From the human T2T-CHM13v2.0 reference genome, Homo sapiens, in the NCBI RefSeq assembly GCF_009914755.1, contig NC_060932.1: 64,000 bases of DNA; one strand, written 5' to 3'. The notes below the pieces were generated by a model. That model saw only the letters and a program-made list of their open reading frames with translations. It was not told where the DNA came from and did no database searches. The translations under genes and the position numbers were made by a program. This document shows positions 1 through 14,010 of this stretch, in pieces (within the stretch, counting starts at the first letter, position 1; the number at the start of each line of letters is the position of its first letter).

Positions 1-457
1 TGGGGGAAGCATAGCAAGCACCCCCATGGCACTGGGAGATAAGACAAGGCAAAATTTTCTGAAATTTTCTGAGCCATCTTGCTGTGTAACATACCCATAG
101 TAAAACATAGTAAAACTAAGAATGGGCAAGCTGTCACTTGTGTATTTTACAAATTCTGCTGCTTCTCCAGTGTACAGCTAGTGGAACTGCCTGGGATGGT
201 CTTTGTGGCCCCTTGTGAACACATACCAGAGGCTCTCCCTCCCACACTGGGACAGTGAGGTGAACTGCATGGCACAGAATCTGATGAACTGGTTTAAAAT
301 CCTCGCACTGAAACTTACAAACTCTCTCTTTGGGCAAACAACACAGCCTCTGTATGTCTCAGTTTCATATTTGGAAAACACATTTGATAATACCTCACAG
401 GGCTGGCCTGAAATTCAAATCAGCTTCTGTAGGTAAAGTCCTGATAGGTAGGAAGTG

Positions 458-784
458 TTTCTTCCTTTTCTTTTCTTTTTAATTAATTAATTAATTAATT
501 AATTTATTGATCTCACTCTATCGCCCAGGCTGGAGTGCAGTGGCGCGATCTTGGCTCACTGCAACCTTCCCTCTTCCGGGTTCAAGCGATTCTCCTGCCT
601 CAGCCTCCTGAGTAACTGGGACTACAGGCACATGCCACAATGCCCAGCTAACTTTTTCTAATTTAGTAGAGACGGGGTTTCACCGTGTTGTCCAGGCTGG
701 TCTCAAACTCCTGAGCTACGGAAGTTCCCCCACCTCAGCCTCCCAAAGTGCTACGATTACAGGCGTGAGCCACGGTGCCCGGCC
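458..784 (-). mobile_element. Alu (S/J-type), full length, tail converted to (TTTTC)n+(AATT)6
   Basis: Reverse Alu body ending gcccggcc at 784; GGAAGTG on both flanks (451, 785) as TSD. Confidence 0.93.
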
Positions 785-3043
785 GGAAGTGGTTTTTTTT
801 TCCCCTCCATAAACTCCAAGCTTATCTCCCTCTCCTCTGTCTTGTCTATCCACAGACTGAGCTTGGCACGTGCTCAGACCAGCTTGAGAGTCACCAGCCT
901 GGTCTGTCAGTCACCCTGTCTTTTCCAAGCCTGGAGGCATAAGGACAAGTTTAATAGAAGAAGGTTCTGAGAACTCCAGCGGGGCCTAGGGAATGCAGGA
1001 GAGGGAGTGTTCCGGGAGCCACCAGGGAGGGATGGCTTTCCTCCAGAAGGAACTTATGAGTAAGGACAAGGGCCACTTTAGGGGAGAGGCAAGTATGGAG
1101 GTTGCTTGCTATCCGATGGTCGTTCTTCCTCTATGAAGTTGAACTCTGGTTTTCTGTCTGATGTTCTGTTTTGTTTTGCTCTTGTTTTGTTGTTTGTTGT
1201 TGCTGAGAGGGCAGTGCCCTGAAGAGAACCGTAATGATTTGGACACACACTTTCAGGAATAGAAAAGGGAATTGAGCTTGGACATCTGAGGGTGGATGTA
1301 TGATAGGCTTTGTTCAATTATTCTTTTAAATGTGATTTTCTTAAACACAACATACAAATTTAGGAGCTCAAGTAGAGACGTAAGCACTTCTGGTTTATTA
1401 CATCTAGTATGAATAGGTTCAAATCTCAGAGATAATGACAACCATTTTTTAAACCATGGTGCAAATAGTATAAAACTTCTATTTTACATTTGATGCACAT
1501 ATCAGTCATTAGCCATGTAAAAAAAAGAAAATGATTTATCTGACATTTTAGTGTGATTATAGTTTCCTCAGCACTTGTTTTAAACAGCATTTTCTTAACA
1601 ATTCTTTTAGTATATACCTGGTATTATATTTTCATACCAAATAAAATTATTATGTCTGTGTTTTCAGCACTATTGGTTTGACCTAAAAATAATTGTTTTA
1701 GTTTGCATTATTTCTTTAAACATTTTATTTATATTTACTTTTCATGAGATAGATTTTTTGTTCTTCATTAAAAGTGTTATTAAATTTATTAAAAATTTTC
1801 AAATGTGAATTTATTAGAATTATATTATTAGCTATGTTAAAATCAAGATCTTTGATTTAATTATAATTGTAAATTGAAGAATTTACAATTTATTAAAATT
1901 ATATTAGCTATATTAAAATCATCTTTGATTTATAACATTGTAGTTGCCTCAAACAATCAAAAATTCAGGAAAAGCATTCTGTAGTAAATGTTTCATTGAT
2001 TAAAAGTGTGGCTGGGTCACTTTTTCCCTGGTATTGAACATAACTATTCACATGATGATACATCTAATAATAACTGCTTAAAAAAATATTCCCCCATTTT
2101 CATAAACTATTGCATTTGATCCAAGAGTTCAATGATTGAAATTTTAAGAAAATGATATGTTAATTTGAAGTTATGATTTTTAAGCACTTCTAATTAGTAT
2201 CGGTGATTTCAGACTTTGATTTATTGAATAAATTTGTTGTATAGCCTTACATATAACGGAGCATAGTGTACAAAAAGGGATCTATTTTGCTCGAGAGTAT
2301 CTTAGCCAAGGACATTGTGTTTTGTTATTAATGTGAAATGCATATTTTCCATTAAAAGGCAAGCCCTTCATTTGAAAGGTTAAATTGTATAGTACTTAAG
2401 AAATGACTCCATCTGATTAAATTTAGAATACTGATATAAAAATATTCTCTGGTCTTACAGTGAAAATATCACAATATAGAATATAGATGGATAAACATTT
2501 TTATTCATCTGAAAACTTTGTTTCTCGGAAAGAGTCAAATATGGATTGATATCTATGTTTGATTTTGGCTTGCCACTTTTGTTATTTTAATTATCTATTT
2601 AAGTTGCCTTCTTGCCAGTAGGAGAGGCTTTATAGATGGTGACACATTTTCAGAGATTGTGCAAGAAATGCTAATGTTTTCCCTTGGTGCCTTGTAATGC
2701 CTCAGCTTGGCCTTGCTTTCATGCTTCCTAGGAGTTCCAGCCTTTTCTTATTTGAGACTGTTGCCCCAAAGAAAGAAATTTTAGGATTCCAGAAATAACA
2801 TCTCTCATTCCAAAGCCTTATTTCTATCAGTAGCACTAGGAGACCATCTATGGAAAGGCATTATTATATTCTATTAATTGACCTAAATGTTAGTCCCGCA
2901 CCCACATACTCCAAGATTATTTTAAGAATTCATTATTTTCCCAGAGGTATGTGGATGAAGGGGGCTTTCATTTTCTATACTGTATAACTATGTCAAATTT
3001 GGCTTTCTATAATTTTATATATAAATATATTTGTATTTATATA

Positions 3044-3349
<306 letters not shown>

Positions 3350-3445
3350 AATTTTATATATTTTATATATTTACAAAATGTATTTTGAATATTCTAGACA
3401 CAACTTTATCTCAAGTTTTCTTGTACCACTTCATAATGAAACCTC

Positions 3446-3780
3446 TGGCAGAGACTTCTAAGTGTCCCCAGTACCCAATGTTCTTTTCTTCTATAGTGAT
3501 AAAAGTTTTAGGTCCAGCTTAAGACTACATTTCTCAGCCTCCCATGCAGATAAGTGTGGGCCTATGTAAAGGTTCTGGGTAGTGGGGTGTGAGCAGAAGT
3601 GGCCTGGGTAACTTCTGCAGTGTGCCCTTATTGTGAAGAGTGTGCATTCTCTTTTCTCCTTTCCCTCTTCTCCCTGGCTGGTATGAGGATGTGATGGCAG
3701 GTGATGGGGCAGCAATTTTAGAACATGAAATGGAAGGTACATGTTCAGGGTGACAGAGCAACAAAATAGAAGGAGACTAT
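3446..3780 (+). mobile_element. Old ERVL-MaLR-type LTR fragment (MLT1J/K/L-like)
   Basis: tggcagagact...gactacatttctcagcctccc...tgtgagcagaagtg resembles remembered MLT1 consensus; boundaries approximate. Confidence 0.65.
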
Positions 3781-4184
3781 ATCTTTATTATTTCTTATTA
3801 AGACCATGTCTTAAAGCAGGCTAACCTATGTCCTGTCAAAAATGGGCCTATAAGAGAAATCAATATTTATTTAACTCTGTCCTAAAATCATCACATTTTG
3901 ATACCAAGGCCTCATTGACTTATGCAAATCATTAATGAATTGGCCAACTTTAGTATCTTTTTTCTGTCTTTGTCTAATATTTTTAGTTTATTTTTTGTTT
4001 TTTCTTTAATAAATCTCTAGTTCAGCCATAATTTCCCCAGATTACGCTAAAACTGCACTTTTTTGTTTTCAATAGTTATACTTTAGTTTTTCCTTTAGAA
4101 AAAGAATAGTATTTTTTTTTTACCTGTACTTAACATATTCTTTTTTTCCTGAAGGCCAGAATTTTGTGTTTATTCGTAAGGATA

Positions 4185-4853
4185 TTTGTTCAGCTGCCTT
4201 AACTGAGACCAAATAACAATAGTTTGAACAATGCAGAAGGATTGTTTGTGGCTAGGAAAGCCATATGTAATCAACATGGCCTTTTTTGCATTCTCTCTTA
4301 GAACTCTGGTTATTTAATTTTTAAATTAAATATACCCCAGTGGTGTTCCAGTGGGGTTAGCCGCTCAGCCACATCAGGTTATTCAGAGACTCCTGCTTCT
4401 TTTATCTTATTGCTCTACCAGCCCCTAGGACCAATGAAATCTGAGTATGTGGGGGTGAGAGCCAGGCCTCAGTATTTATGTAGATTCTCTAGGTGTTTCC
4501 AATGGGTTAGAGAAGGTGGGGGAACCAGTATAGTAGGGTGTTGTCCTTTTCCCTATGGTTGAAGCTGACTTACCACTACACTTTTCACATTCCAGCCCTA
4601 GGGGGACAGAGGGTGGGAGACAAAGTGGAGGGCAAGCACTCCCTTTAAGGATATGACCCAGAAATGACACACATCACTTTCACTCTCATCCCCATGACCA
4701 GATCTTTGTAACATGGCTAATCCAGCTCTAAGGGAGACTGGGAAATACGCTGACTGGCTGGACAGCCATGTGCCCAGCTGAAACTTAGGGAGTTCTACAC
4801 TGAAATAATGACATGGGAATAAATATTGAGGGGCAAAGGGTCATCTCTGCCAC
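4185..4853 (-). mobile_element. Old MLT1-type LTR, interrupted by a MER5-like fragment at about 4430-4530
   Basis: acatcacttt...catggct...aagggagactgggaaat...tctctgccaca is the reverse complement of the motifs in 3446-3780. Confidence 0.65.
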
Positions 4854-5930
4854 ATTTTGAATCCATTGATACTTTAGTCTCCTGTCCTCAGAAAATCATT
4901 TATATTAATTATTGGATTCCTTTACTGTAAGAACCTATTGTATTTAAAATATAATTTGGATTATTTCCCTCTAAAATAATATATTCTTTCCCACATAGCA
5001 ATCCATCTAACATTTATCTCTCTCTTCAGATATATTTGTAAGAGCTCCAGAGCTCTCAAGGTTGTTTTTGTTTTTTTTTCCATTGGCTTTCACTACAGAA
5101 AGGCTTTGGGGTATTTGGTGATTTTATGTAATTTTAAAATTTTGTGGAAGTTTCCAGAAAAAAAATTCCAAGATAATATGGAAATTCTGTTTTTGTTATG
5201 TGTTTCTTATGTGTTAGGCACTGCATATTCATTAACTCACGACTTAGAACTATCTTCAAGCCTCGGATCATTGTAGACTCACACCTGGGGACATTTTGGT
5301 CAGTTCCTATTTGGGAGAGTGGGGATTCTGAAAAGATCCACTGCAAAAGTTATATAGCTCTTCCAAGATGTTCTGCTGATGAATCACAGCCCGGACTCTT
5401 CTGGATTGTGGGAATGGTGTGATTAATCAGGACTAGGAAAACCAAGGCAGTTGCTGCAGCAGGGACGCAGAACTTGTTGACTCCGGAAGTACACAGAAGC
5501 TAGAAATCAGGAAGGAACAGTAGTTCATTTCAGGCAAACCATCAAGCGCAAGAGAGCAACAGGAGCTTATGGTCAATCCAAGACAGGGTTAGAGCCAGGC
5601 AAGCACTCAGGAGCCAAAGATTACCCAGAAGTCAGGAGTTTCCCTCACAGAAATAAGGAAACACATGAAACTTTCAGAAATAGAAAACCTTAGTTCTCCC
5701 ATTGGCATATCTGTTAATATATGTTGGTACTGATGCTATTTTCAGCTTAATTTAAGTCCTCTGGGATCATTTTGGATCTCTGTGTATTTACAGTGCTTCC
5801 TAACAGGTTTGAACCCTTGGCTTTGTGTTTAAATATAGCTCGTGTTTATCCTATATATGATCAAATCACAAGACATTTGAGGCAAAGATATAAAATTAGT
5901 TTGTATAATTAACATATGTAATTATTATGA

Positions 5931-6003
5931 GTGTATATGTATATATATATATGTGTGTGTATATATATATATATGTGTATATGTATATATATACACACAC
6001 ACT
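5931..6003. repeat. Compound (TA)n/(TG)n/(CA)n microsatellite
   Basis: Alternating purine-pyrimidine tract seen directly. Confidence 0.95.
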
Positions 6004-6954
6004 GTCCAAAATGTGTGTATGTCTGCATTCAGTGGATGTTCTATTGATTGCTTAGGTGAAAAGCATTAATGTAGTTTAAACATATATTAAATGAATCCAT
6101 TGTTAAAAATGATCACTATTCTTGAGAGTGTTCTGTTTGCCAGACCTACTTTGTTTGACAGGATAGAGGAGGGAGAGTAAACGGCCTTCTGGTAGTCATA
6201 GAATGAAGTTTGGTAAATGGGTCATGTTACATAGCTAGAGACATTTTCCTCAGTTTCTAGCAAGGACAATTAGCACAACCATATGATTTTTAGGGTCCAA
6301 AAAGGAATCATGTTATTCATGGAAGAGCATAGCTTTCAATTAAAATAGGAGAAGTTGATGTTTCTCCTGTATAATTTTTAGTGCGCTAATAATTCTCACA
6401 TGTAAGTTGGGTCTTCTCTGTATCATTAAATGTTTTGAGGGTAGCAAATATTCTTTGTGATTTAAGATTTTTAAAAAATTTCTACTTATGGTTTACTTCA
6501 TTATGAGGAACATGATAAGTTGGATTGTCAGAAAATTTGAGAGCTTAGTACTTGACTGGATCTTCAATTTTAAATATATGTATTTCTATAGATGAGGATT
6601 TGGGTCAGATTCACCTTTGATGATGTTGTGAAAATATAAGCAAACCGTAATGAGAGATCTAGGTAGTCAGCTAGGATATTTGAATAAATTTTTTAAAAAG
6701 AAAATGTCTGCTAACATTTAAAGAAAATAAATTGCCTATAGTTTTACTATGTTGTACTATATATCCTTCCTACAAATTATTTCTTTTCCAGTATGTCACA
6801 ATTCAAAGTTCCAACTCCTCTATGATATTCTGTAATTTCCCTTAGTACTGAATATGTGTTAAGTAAAATCTACAGGTTTTTTTTTTTTCCAAATAATACA
6901 GAACTAAAAAATCTGTAAAAGAGAAAAAAGGAATTACCATAAAATGCATCAATC

Positions 6955-7090
6955 TGGGCAGAGCTTGGAAGGCTGAAGTGGGAGGATCTTTTAAGCTCAG
7001 GAGTTCAAATCTAGCCTGGGCAACATGGTGAGACCTCTGTCTCTAAAAAACAAACAAACAACAAAAAACAACAACAACAACAAAAAGAAA
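6955..7090 (+). mobile_element. FLAM/Alu monomer with (CAA/CAAA)n tail
   Basis: ggctgaagtgggaggat...caggagttcaa...cctgggcaacatggtgagacc followed by an A-rich tail. Confidence 0.85.
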
Positions 7091-7254
7091 ATGCAACCAG
7101 AGCTATTTATAAATTAATGTGCAAAACCAACTTTATTAAGTGAAAAAACTTATTTTCAGCAATGAATCAGGCAACCTAAAAAATAACCCCTAATATGCTA
7201 AGCATTGTGATTGATTCTCTCCAATGATTGCTTTCAAAATCCAGATATTTTTAT

Positions 7255-7500
7255 TCTTCATGGTCCAAGGCATATTTCTTGAGCACCTACTGTCTGCCAA
7301 TCACTATTCAAGGTTCAGAGGATATAGCACTGACAAGCATTACAAATTCCTGCTTTCATGGAGCTCTGACTCTAACCTAGGAGCTACAAGATAAATGAGT
7401 AAAATATATGATATATTAGCTAGTCTAAGTGCCTGGGAGAATAAGTGAAGCAGAGAAGAGGAATAAGTGTGCATGTGTTTTGACATTTTATGTAAGATGA
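7255..7500 (-). mobile_element. L2 3' fragment
   Basis: catatttcttgagcacctactgtctgcca...cctgctttcatggagct is typical of the L2 3' end. Confidence 0.7.
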
Positions 7501-8255
7501 AAAAGCAGGCATTCACTCTTTTCTGTCACTCTTCTTTTTTGTAAATCTCTAAAAATATTTGAAAGAATTTTTATTTTTTACTGTTAACCTTAACAGGCAA
7601 TATCCAGGAGGAAAGTGCCAATTGATTTCTTGTTTAAATCTTCAGTGTAGTGATAATTCAGAGGTGAGATTAAACCCAGATGTACATTGCTAATAAATAA
7701 AGTTAATAGAACAGATTAGAAAAAGCATGGTGACACTAAGACTTAAGGCTTTAACTAGTGTCATTCTTTAGTTGTCATTTTTCAGTCTATTGACTTTAAT
7801 ATAATAGGCATATATTTTTTAAAGGTGCAATCTTTAAAATCCACTGCCTCACTCTGTTCTGTGTTTATACCATTGAGGAGCTTATTTTGTGGAGTGTTTT
7901 GTCAATAAGGTTTCATGCCCAGCAGCTCCATGTCTAGTGGAACTGCAGCCAACATTCAAATTCATCATGGATGGGAACCCAGCACGCTGTGCAGTTGGGG
8001 CACCATAGGCTGAAAAGCTTCTGCTGGAAATGAAGTATCCTTTAGCAGCGAGGGGATGGAAGCATTGAACAAGTGGGGCAGGGGTGGGAATTGGAGATCT
8101 TGAATGTGCAGCAGGCTCTAAAAGCCATTTTATGACCATTGCCTTAGATAATCCCAGACGTGAGTTAAAAGCTAAGGTATGAGGTGCTTTCATACATTTT
8201 TCTTATTTAAGGCCTTTCCCTGAAAGGGGATGGGAAGGATCAAGAGTACCTTGCA

Positions 8256-8530
8256 TTCTGAGCAAACTGTTGCAAGGACAGAAAACCAAACACCACATGT
8301 TCTCACTCATAGGTGGGAATTGAACAATGAGAACACTTGGACACAGGGTGGGGAACATCACACACCTGGGCCTGTCGTGGGGTTGGGGGAGGGATAGCAT
8401 TAGGAGATATACCTAATGTAAATGACGAGTTAATGGATGCAGCACACCAACACAGCACAGGTATGCATATGTAACAAACCTGCATGTTGTGCACATGTAC
8501 CCTAGAACTTAAAGTATAAAAAAAAAAAAA
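8256..8530 (+). mobile_element. 5'-truncated L1PA (about PA4-PA6) 3' UTR with poly(A)
   Basis: L1 3' UTR consensus; exact 14-bp TSD AAGAGTACCTTGCA at 8242-8255 and 8531-8544. Confidence 0.95.
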
Positions 8531-11500
8531 AAGAGTACCTTGCAAACCCTCCCCGGCTTTCTTCCTGTGGTATTGTCTCTCTGATTGCCCTATAGAAATG
8601 ACTCCCTTGAGGCTTGTGGACAGCTGGAAGAGGCCCCTATGTGGCCTGTAAAGTGCTATTGGAAGCATCTGCCAGCGACTGGGGAGGGGAAAGGTCACTT
8701 GAGGACTGTGGAAAATATTCCCTTTCTCCTTAGCATCCTGGAACGTCGGCTCTTGACTAAATTGTTAATAGAATCTGGGAGCTCGGATTCTGGTGCTGAC
8801 ATTTTTTTCAGGGTTAGTTCTAGAAATGATATTTCTTAAGCAGCCTTTTGCGGAGCTTCATTCTTTGGTTCACTGAATTCGCAGCACAAAGAAAAGGAAA
8901 TAGCTTTATTACCATCATCATTACCAACTTCAGAATAGGAATGGGTGAATAATTATATTGGGCTTTTAAAAAGTATAACCAAAGGGAAGGAATTTAGCTG
9001 TCTGTATTTTTTTGATAAGGTTATGTGCTTTCTTCTTCCTGTTTCTCTTTAAGGAGACCTTTCTGTGGCTCATACATCATAAAAGTTAAAAGGAAGTGCA
9101 AACACAATTACCACAGAAAGTTGAAATCTTTCGCATCCACTTCTCTTTTGTGCTATTTGTGACCTGTCTGCCTGATTGTTTCAAAGTAAGGAAAATCCTG
9201 GGTTTCTTATCTATGCTTTTCAGGGGAACTGGTTTTGACTGTGGTTTGAATCTGACAAAATGGAGACAATCAGCCTTAACCTAATAGCCGTTGTACCAAA
9301 CTAACCCACAAGAATGCAAAGGATACGGGTGAACTTTAAAGGCAAGACTTGCCTAAGGAAATAATGCAAGATACAGTGCCTAGGAAGGAAATCAGATATG
9401 TAAAACTCCTTGAACTCTGTAACAGAATTTTCAATCCATCAGTAGCTCTTACTTGGAGGCTTTGAGATTTTCTGCCGCACTCTGCTCAGCGTCTTAATGC
9501 TCATGCCAGTCATCAGGTTGTCGTGTGGCTGGGGTCACCATGCCAGAGCCTGACCTGGAGGCCCTGAGTGCTGACAGTGCTCATTTATCAAGAGCACAGT
9601 GTTTGGTTGGGGTTATCACTGGGGAGTGAGGCCGCATTTAGAGTTTGGTCTAAGACAATGTCTGAATGTGGCAGGGGGTCATAAAGGAACCGGGGACAAG
9701 GGTTAACCCAGCTCAGTTCTCTCTCTGTGGTCTATGAATGCCACAGCCAAAGCAGCAGCTTCAGAGATCTCTGCTACCTTTTAGAGAAATGTCGTTGCTG
9801 TTGCTGAGCCCACTCTCAGGTATTCTGGTCTCATCACCCCCTGTATCTTTTCTCATGCAGGAGCCTCTGGCACTGACTGTGTAGCTTTGAGTGTGGCCTT
9901 TAGGCTTGTGATGACTCTGAGGGATGGACCATCCCATAATAATAAGGATTAGGACCAAAATTATAACCCAAGGAGAGGTAGATTTTGATTGCTTTTAAAC
10001 TTACTTCCTGAGATGATTAGAGTAACATTTGAGACAGTTGGTTTGTAGTTACTCCCTCAAGTCCATTTTCCACCTAGGAAGGTTTATTAATGTTTTATGA
10101 TTATTGTATAATTTAGAAGAATATTTACCAGCTGCTGGGACCTTCTTCATACATCAAGTCTGGTCTCTTCTGGAGATGGAACCCTCAGGAAAAACTTGAA
10201 ATTCTTCCTGACAGCTTGTTCGAAGGTTGCCATTTATTTTGGTGAGTGGGTTCATTTTGCTACCGCTGTGTAAAAATGGGAAGTCTCTTCCTTCAGCTCA
10301 CATACATTCCCAGGTGAGCACAGGTGAAATGTGTTGCTACAAACAAAAGGAAGAGAGTTAGAGAATCTTATGCCCATCATCTGAGTCTCACTCCGGTCTG
10401 AAAATTTCTATAATTTCTAAAATTTCTATAGCTCAATTTGCTCTAATTCCTAGTACCTTCCATATTTTTTCCTCTTGGTTGTTTATGCTGTAGTTATAAT
10501 CTGCTTAGAGATTCCGTAAGTATGGGAAATAGTAAGAGGGAAATCAGCTATCTCCATTTTGGGAAGTCAAAGTGTGAAGTTGTTTTGTTTATTGACCTGA
10601 TGGTGTATATTTGTGTAACAGTTGTTGAAGGTGAGTTAATCTCGATCTGTTAATGTAAACAGATCGAAATCTATTCCTTGGAGTCATAGCCTCTAAATTT
10701 CATGTAAAGCAGTGTAAAGTTCAGATACAGTTTAATCATCAAACTACCGCCCCACACTAAAAAATATAATAAATAAAAAGGCCCAAACCACCAAACCTAA
10801 AATGAGAACTATTCCTATTCATATGAAGAAATAGTGTAATGACCATCAGCCTTTCAACAACATGGTATTAATTATGCCAGCAAAAATAACCATACCCCTA
10901 ATCTATTTTTATGGTCCTATGTCTCTGATGGAACTAATTTTCAAATAAAGCCTAATCACTTACTTGGCAGTTCTCAGCTCCAACAACCTCCTACAGAGAT
11001 TCTGTTGGGCTGCTAGTTTGGGAAAATATACCAAACATAACTTGGAGTTAGAGTTCTCACACTAATAGCTACAGACTCATGTTTTCTTGATCAAGAGGTA
11101 ATCCTCTTTCAACTTCAGAGTAAGAAATATGAAATAAATCAGGAGAAAATCATTTTCCTCTTCTGTGATTGTGAAACAACTGATAATCATACAGGAGCCT
11201 ATTCCAAGTGCATGTCAGGAGGCTTGAGGGTCAGGACAGAGACTGGGGATGCAGGGCTCACTTCATCCACCTGCTAACATAGCAGCAGAAAGGTGCTATG
11301 TGCAGCTGTTTTGCAATTATTATTCTTATATTTATTTACCCAATGCAAACAGATTCCCTTTCATCTGTCGTTCTAGTAACAAAGAGTAAATGCCTGAGGC
11401 TTTTGGCTAGATTTTACTTTTCACAGGAACTGTTGAAAAGGTTGTCCCATTTCATGGTGTTGCTTTTGTGGAACAGTGATTAAAGTGGTCCCATTGAAGA

Positions 11501-11779
11501 GTAGGTGCAGGGGTGTAGAGTGGTATAGGGGGTGATAAAGGTAGCTTGGGGCCAGATGGTGAATAACAGTAGAGGTAGTTTAGAACTAATTAGTAGACAG
11601 TGTGGGAGCTAGGGGAGATTTTTGAGCAAGGAAGTCAAAACAATGGGCCTTGGTTCAGAAAGCGTCGTCTGGGAGGCCGGCTTCTAGCCAGAGTGCAGGA
11701 ATGGCTCTGTTGGGCACAGGTGAGACCTGAGAGAGATCAATTCATTAAGCTCAACAAAAGTCAGAAAGACTAAATCGGT

Positions 11780-11925
11780 GAGGAATATTGCTGATGCTTG
11801 GACCTCGGTCCAGACCAGCTTAATTAGAATCTCAGGGTGCGGGGAGAGAGGGTGGAAGTCAAGAATTGCTATTTTTAAAAAGCTCCCCAGGTGATTCTAA
11901 TGTGGGAGTAGGGTTCAGAAATACA
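11780..11925. mobile_element. MER5-type hAT-Charlie fragment
   Basis: ttttaaaaagctccccaggtgattctaatgtg motif. Confidence 0.7.
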
Positions 11926-12999
11926 AGGAAATGAATACATGACATTAATATATATATTAATCAAGGATTGAGATACATGCTTTCCAAACTGCCCCTAAAA
12001 AATAGGTAATATCATAATAGAATGAATGATGAGAAGAGATGCACTGACAAAATCCACTTATAAAACTAAGAAGTAACTCAACATCGAAGAGGAAACTAAA
12101 AAGAAATGAAATTAGCTAGGAGGCTGCATTTATTGGAGATATAGTTATCCATTAATACTTTGCAATAGTAATGAGAAATACTGTTAGTGGAAAAGATATA
12201 GTTAAAGTTTTGATTTAACTTAGGTAGAAAGCAGTCAACAAATCATTTTCCATGTGTCTGAGCAAGGCAATAAGACAACAGTGATTAGTGGGAAGTACTC
12301 CTGACGTGGGAAAGGAAGTATGCTACTTTGGGAAATAAGGATGTTGTAGAAATTAATATTTTAAAGTCTTTGGAGAATTCCCATGGAGGACTGATGTATT
12401 TTCCAAAGTTCTTTGTTGTGATGAGATATGGAGAATTATTTTCTAAGTGCCAATTTGTGAACATAAGCATATGCATGCCAAGGGAGATTTGAAGTGCAAG
12501 AAACTGATTTCTGTAAAGCCACTTGTTTGATGTGATGTCCTTAATGGTTTTGTTTTGTTTTCATATTTTCCCTTATGTCTAAAGATATAATTAAAGTTCA
12601 CTGCCGTGAGGGGCTCAGGTGTCTTTACTTTTGGCTGAATGAGTAATCGCCCTTGATTTCTGATTGCAGTAATTTCTGTAATAAAGCCCATTGGTGATCT
12701 CCATAAAACTTATTACCTCTACATATGAGTAAGGAACAAAAGTGTAACTTTGATTTCTTCCTGTTTATGCCATCAGATATAGTCATGTATTCTGTGTTGA
12801 AAGTATGTGAAACCTCTTCTGAATCTCATTGCCTCTTGCAGCTCCTGTGTAAATTCTGTCCCAAAGCTTTCAGGTTCCCTGACTACATCGTTGTATTTAC
12901 TGCTGAATTTACTGCATTCTCTTCCTCTTTCAACTGCTTCCCAACCTGGCTTTCAGACCCTTTTTTTAAGAAGCTAGGCTCCTGAAGGTTCCCCGTGAC

Positions 13000-14010
13000 T
13001 ATCTTTTAACCATACCTCTTAGTTCTGTCACCAGTTTTGAGCTCCCTTCACTTCCCCGGCATTGTTCATCAGTGTTACTTGTTTGAAATTCCCTCCCTGT
13101 AGGGCCTCCCTTAGGTTCCCTGATGAAACTCTACAGTTACCCACTTTTTTTCTAACTTTCATTTCTTACCTTTGCATCCCTTTCTACCTACTTTAATCCC
13201 TTCCAGTAAGCTTATCAACTGACCATGGCCTCTGCAATTACCTTTACATAAACCAGATTAAATTATATTGCTCCAGTGAAGATTTTGAATCCCAAAATCA
13301 TGTCTTCTATATAAGGACATTCCATTGTATGTCTCACTTTTGCCTCAAACTCAACATGTGCAAAACTAAATTCATCATTTTCCCTTAGAGGACATGTAAC
13401 TCCTCTTTGTCCCTCCCCTATTTTTCTGTAATTGGTCTTCTCTGGTCTCCCTGGACTGGAAGGCTCAGTGTCATCTTTGTCTCCATATCTTTCATCCCTT
13501 GTTCAGCCACTCTCAATGCCGTGTTGATTTCTGTTTCTAAGTGTCACTAGATATACCCCTTTCTCCAGGCCTCCCCTGCTTCTTCTCTGAAGTAGTCTCC
13601 TTTACTTTAGGGGTGATACGGCAATAAAAGTATGGGCAGACTGATATCCGTCCAACAAACATTCTCAGATTAATCTTCCTAAAAGAATGTTTTCATCTTT
13701 TTATTTCATTTTATCATAAACTTTGCCTCCTTGATGCTCAAACATCCTAATTTATCAACTTGTCATTCTAGAGCCTTTTTACAAAAAAGGGCCTTTGGCA
13801 TATCTGTCAAATTAACTTGCTGTAGCTACTCCTGAAGAATCTCTCCGATAGGGTTCTCAAGTGATCCATCAAACATCTTGCTGATCTGCCTTTCTGCCTC
13901 TACTTATGTATGCTCTTCTTTCTTCTTGAATATCCATACTTGAATATCTTTTCTTCTTTCTTCTTGAATATCCATACTCAGGATCCAATTCAAACATCAC
14001 CTTTTTGTAA
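13000..14010 (+). mobile_element. Degenerate L2 fragments
   Basis: ctcaaactcaacatgtgcaaaactaaattcatcattttccc and neighbouring L2 motifs; boundaries approximate. Confidence 0.65.
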
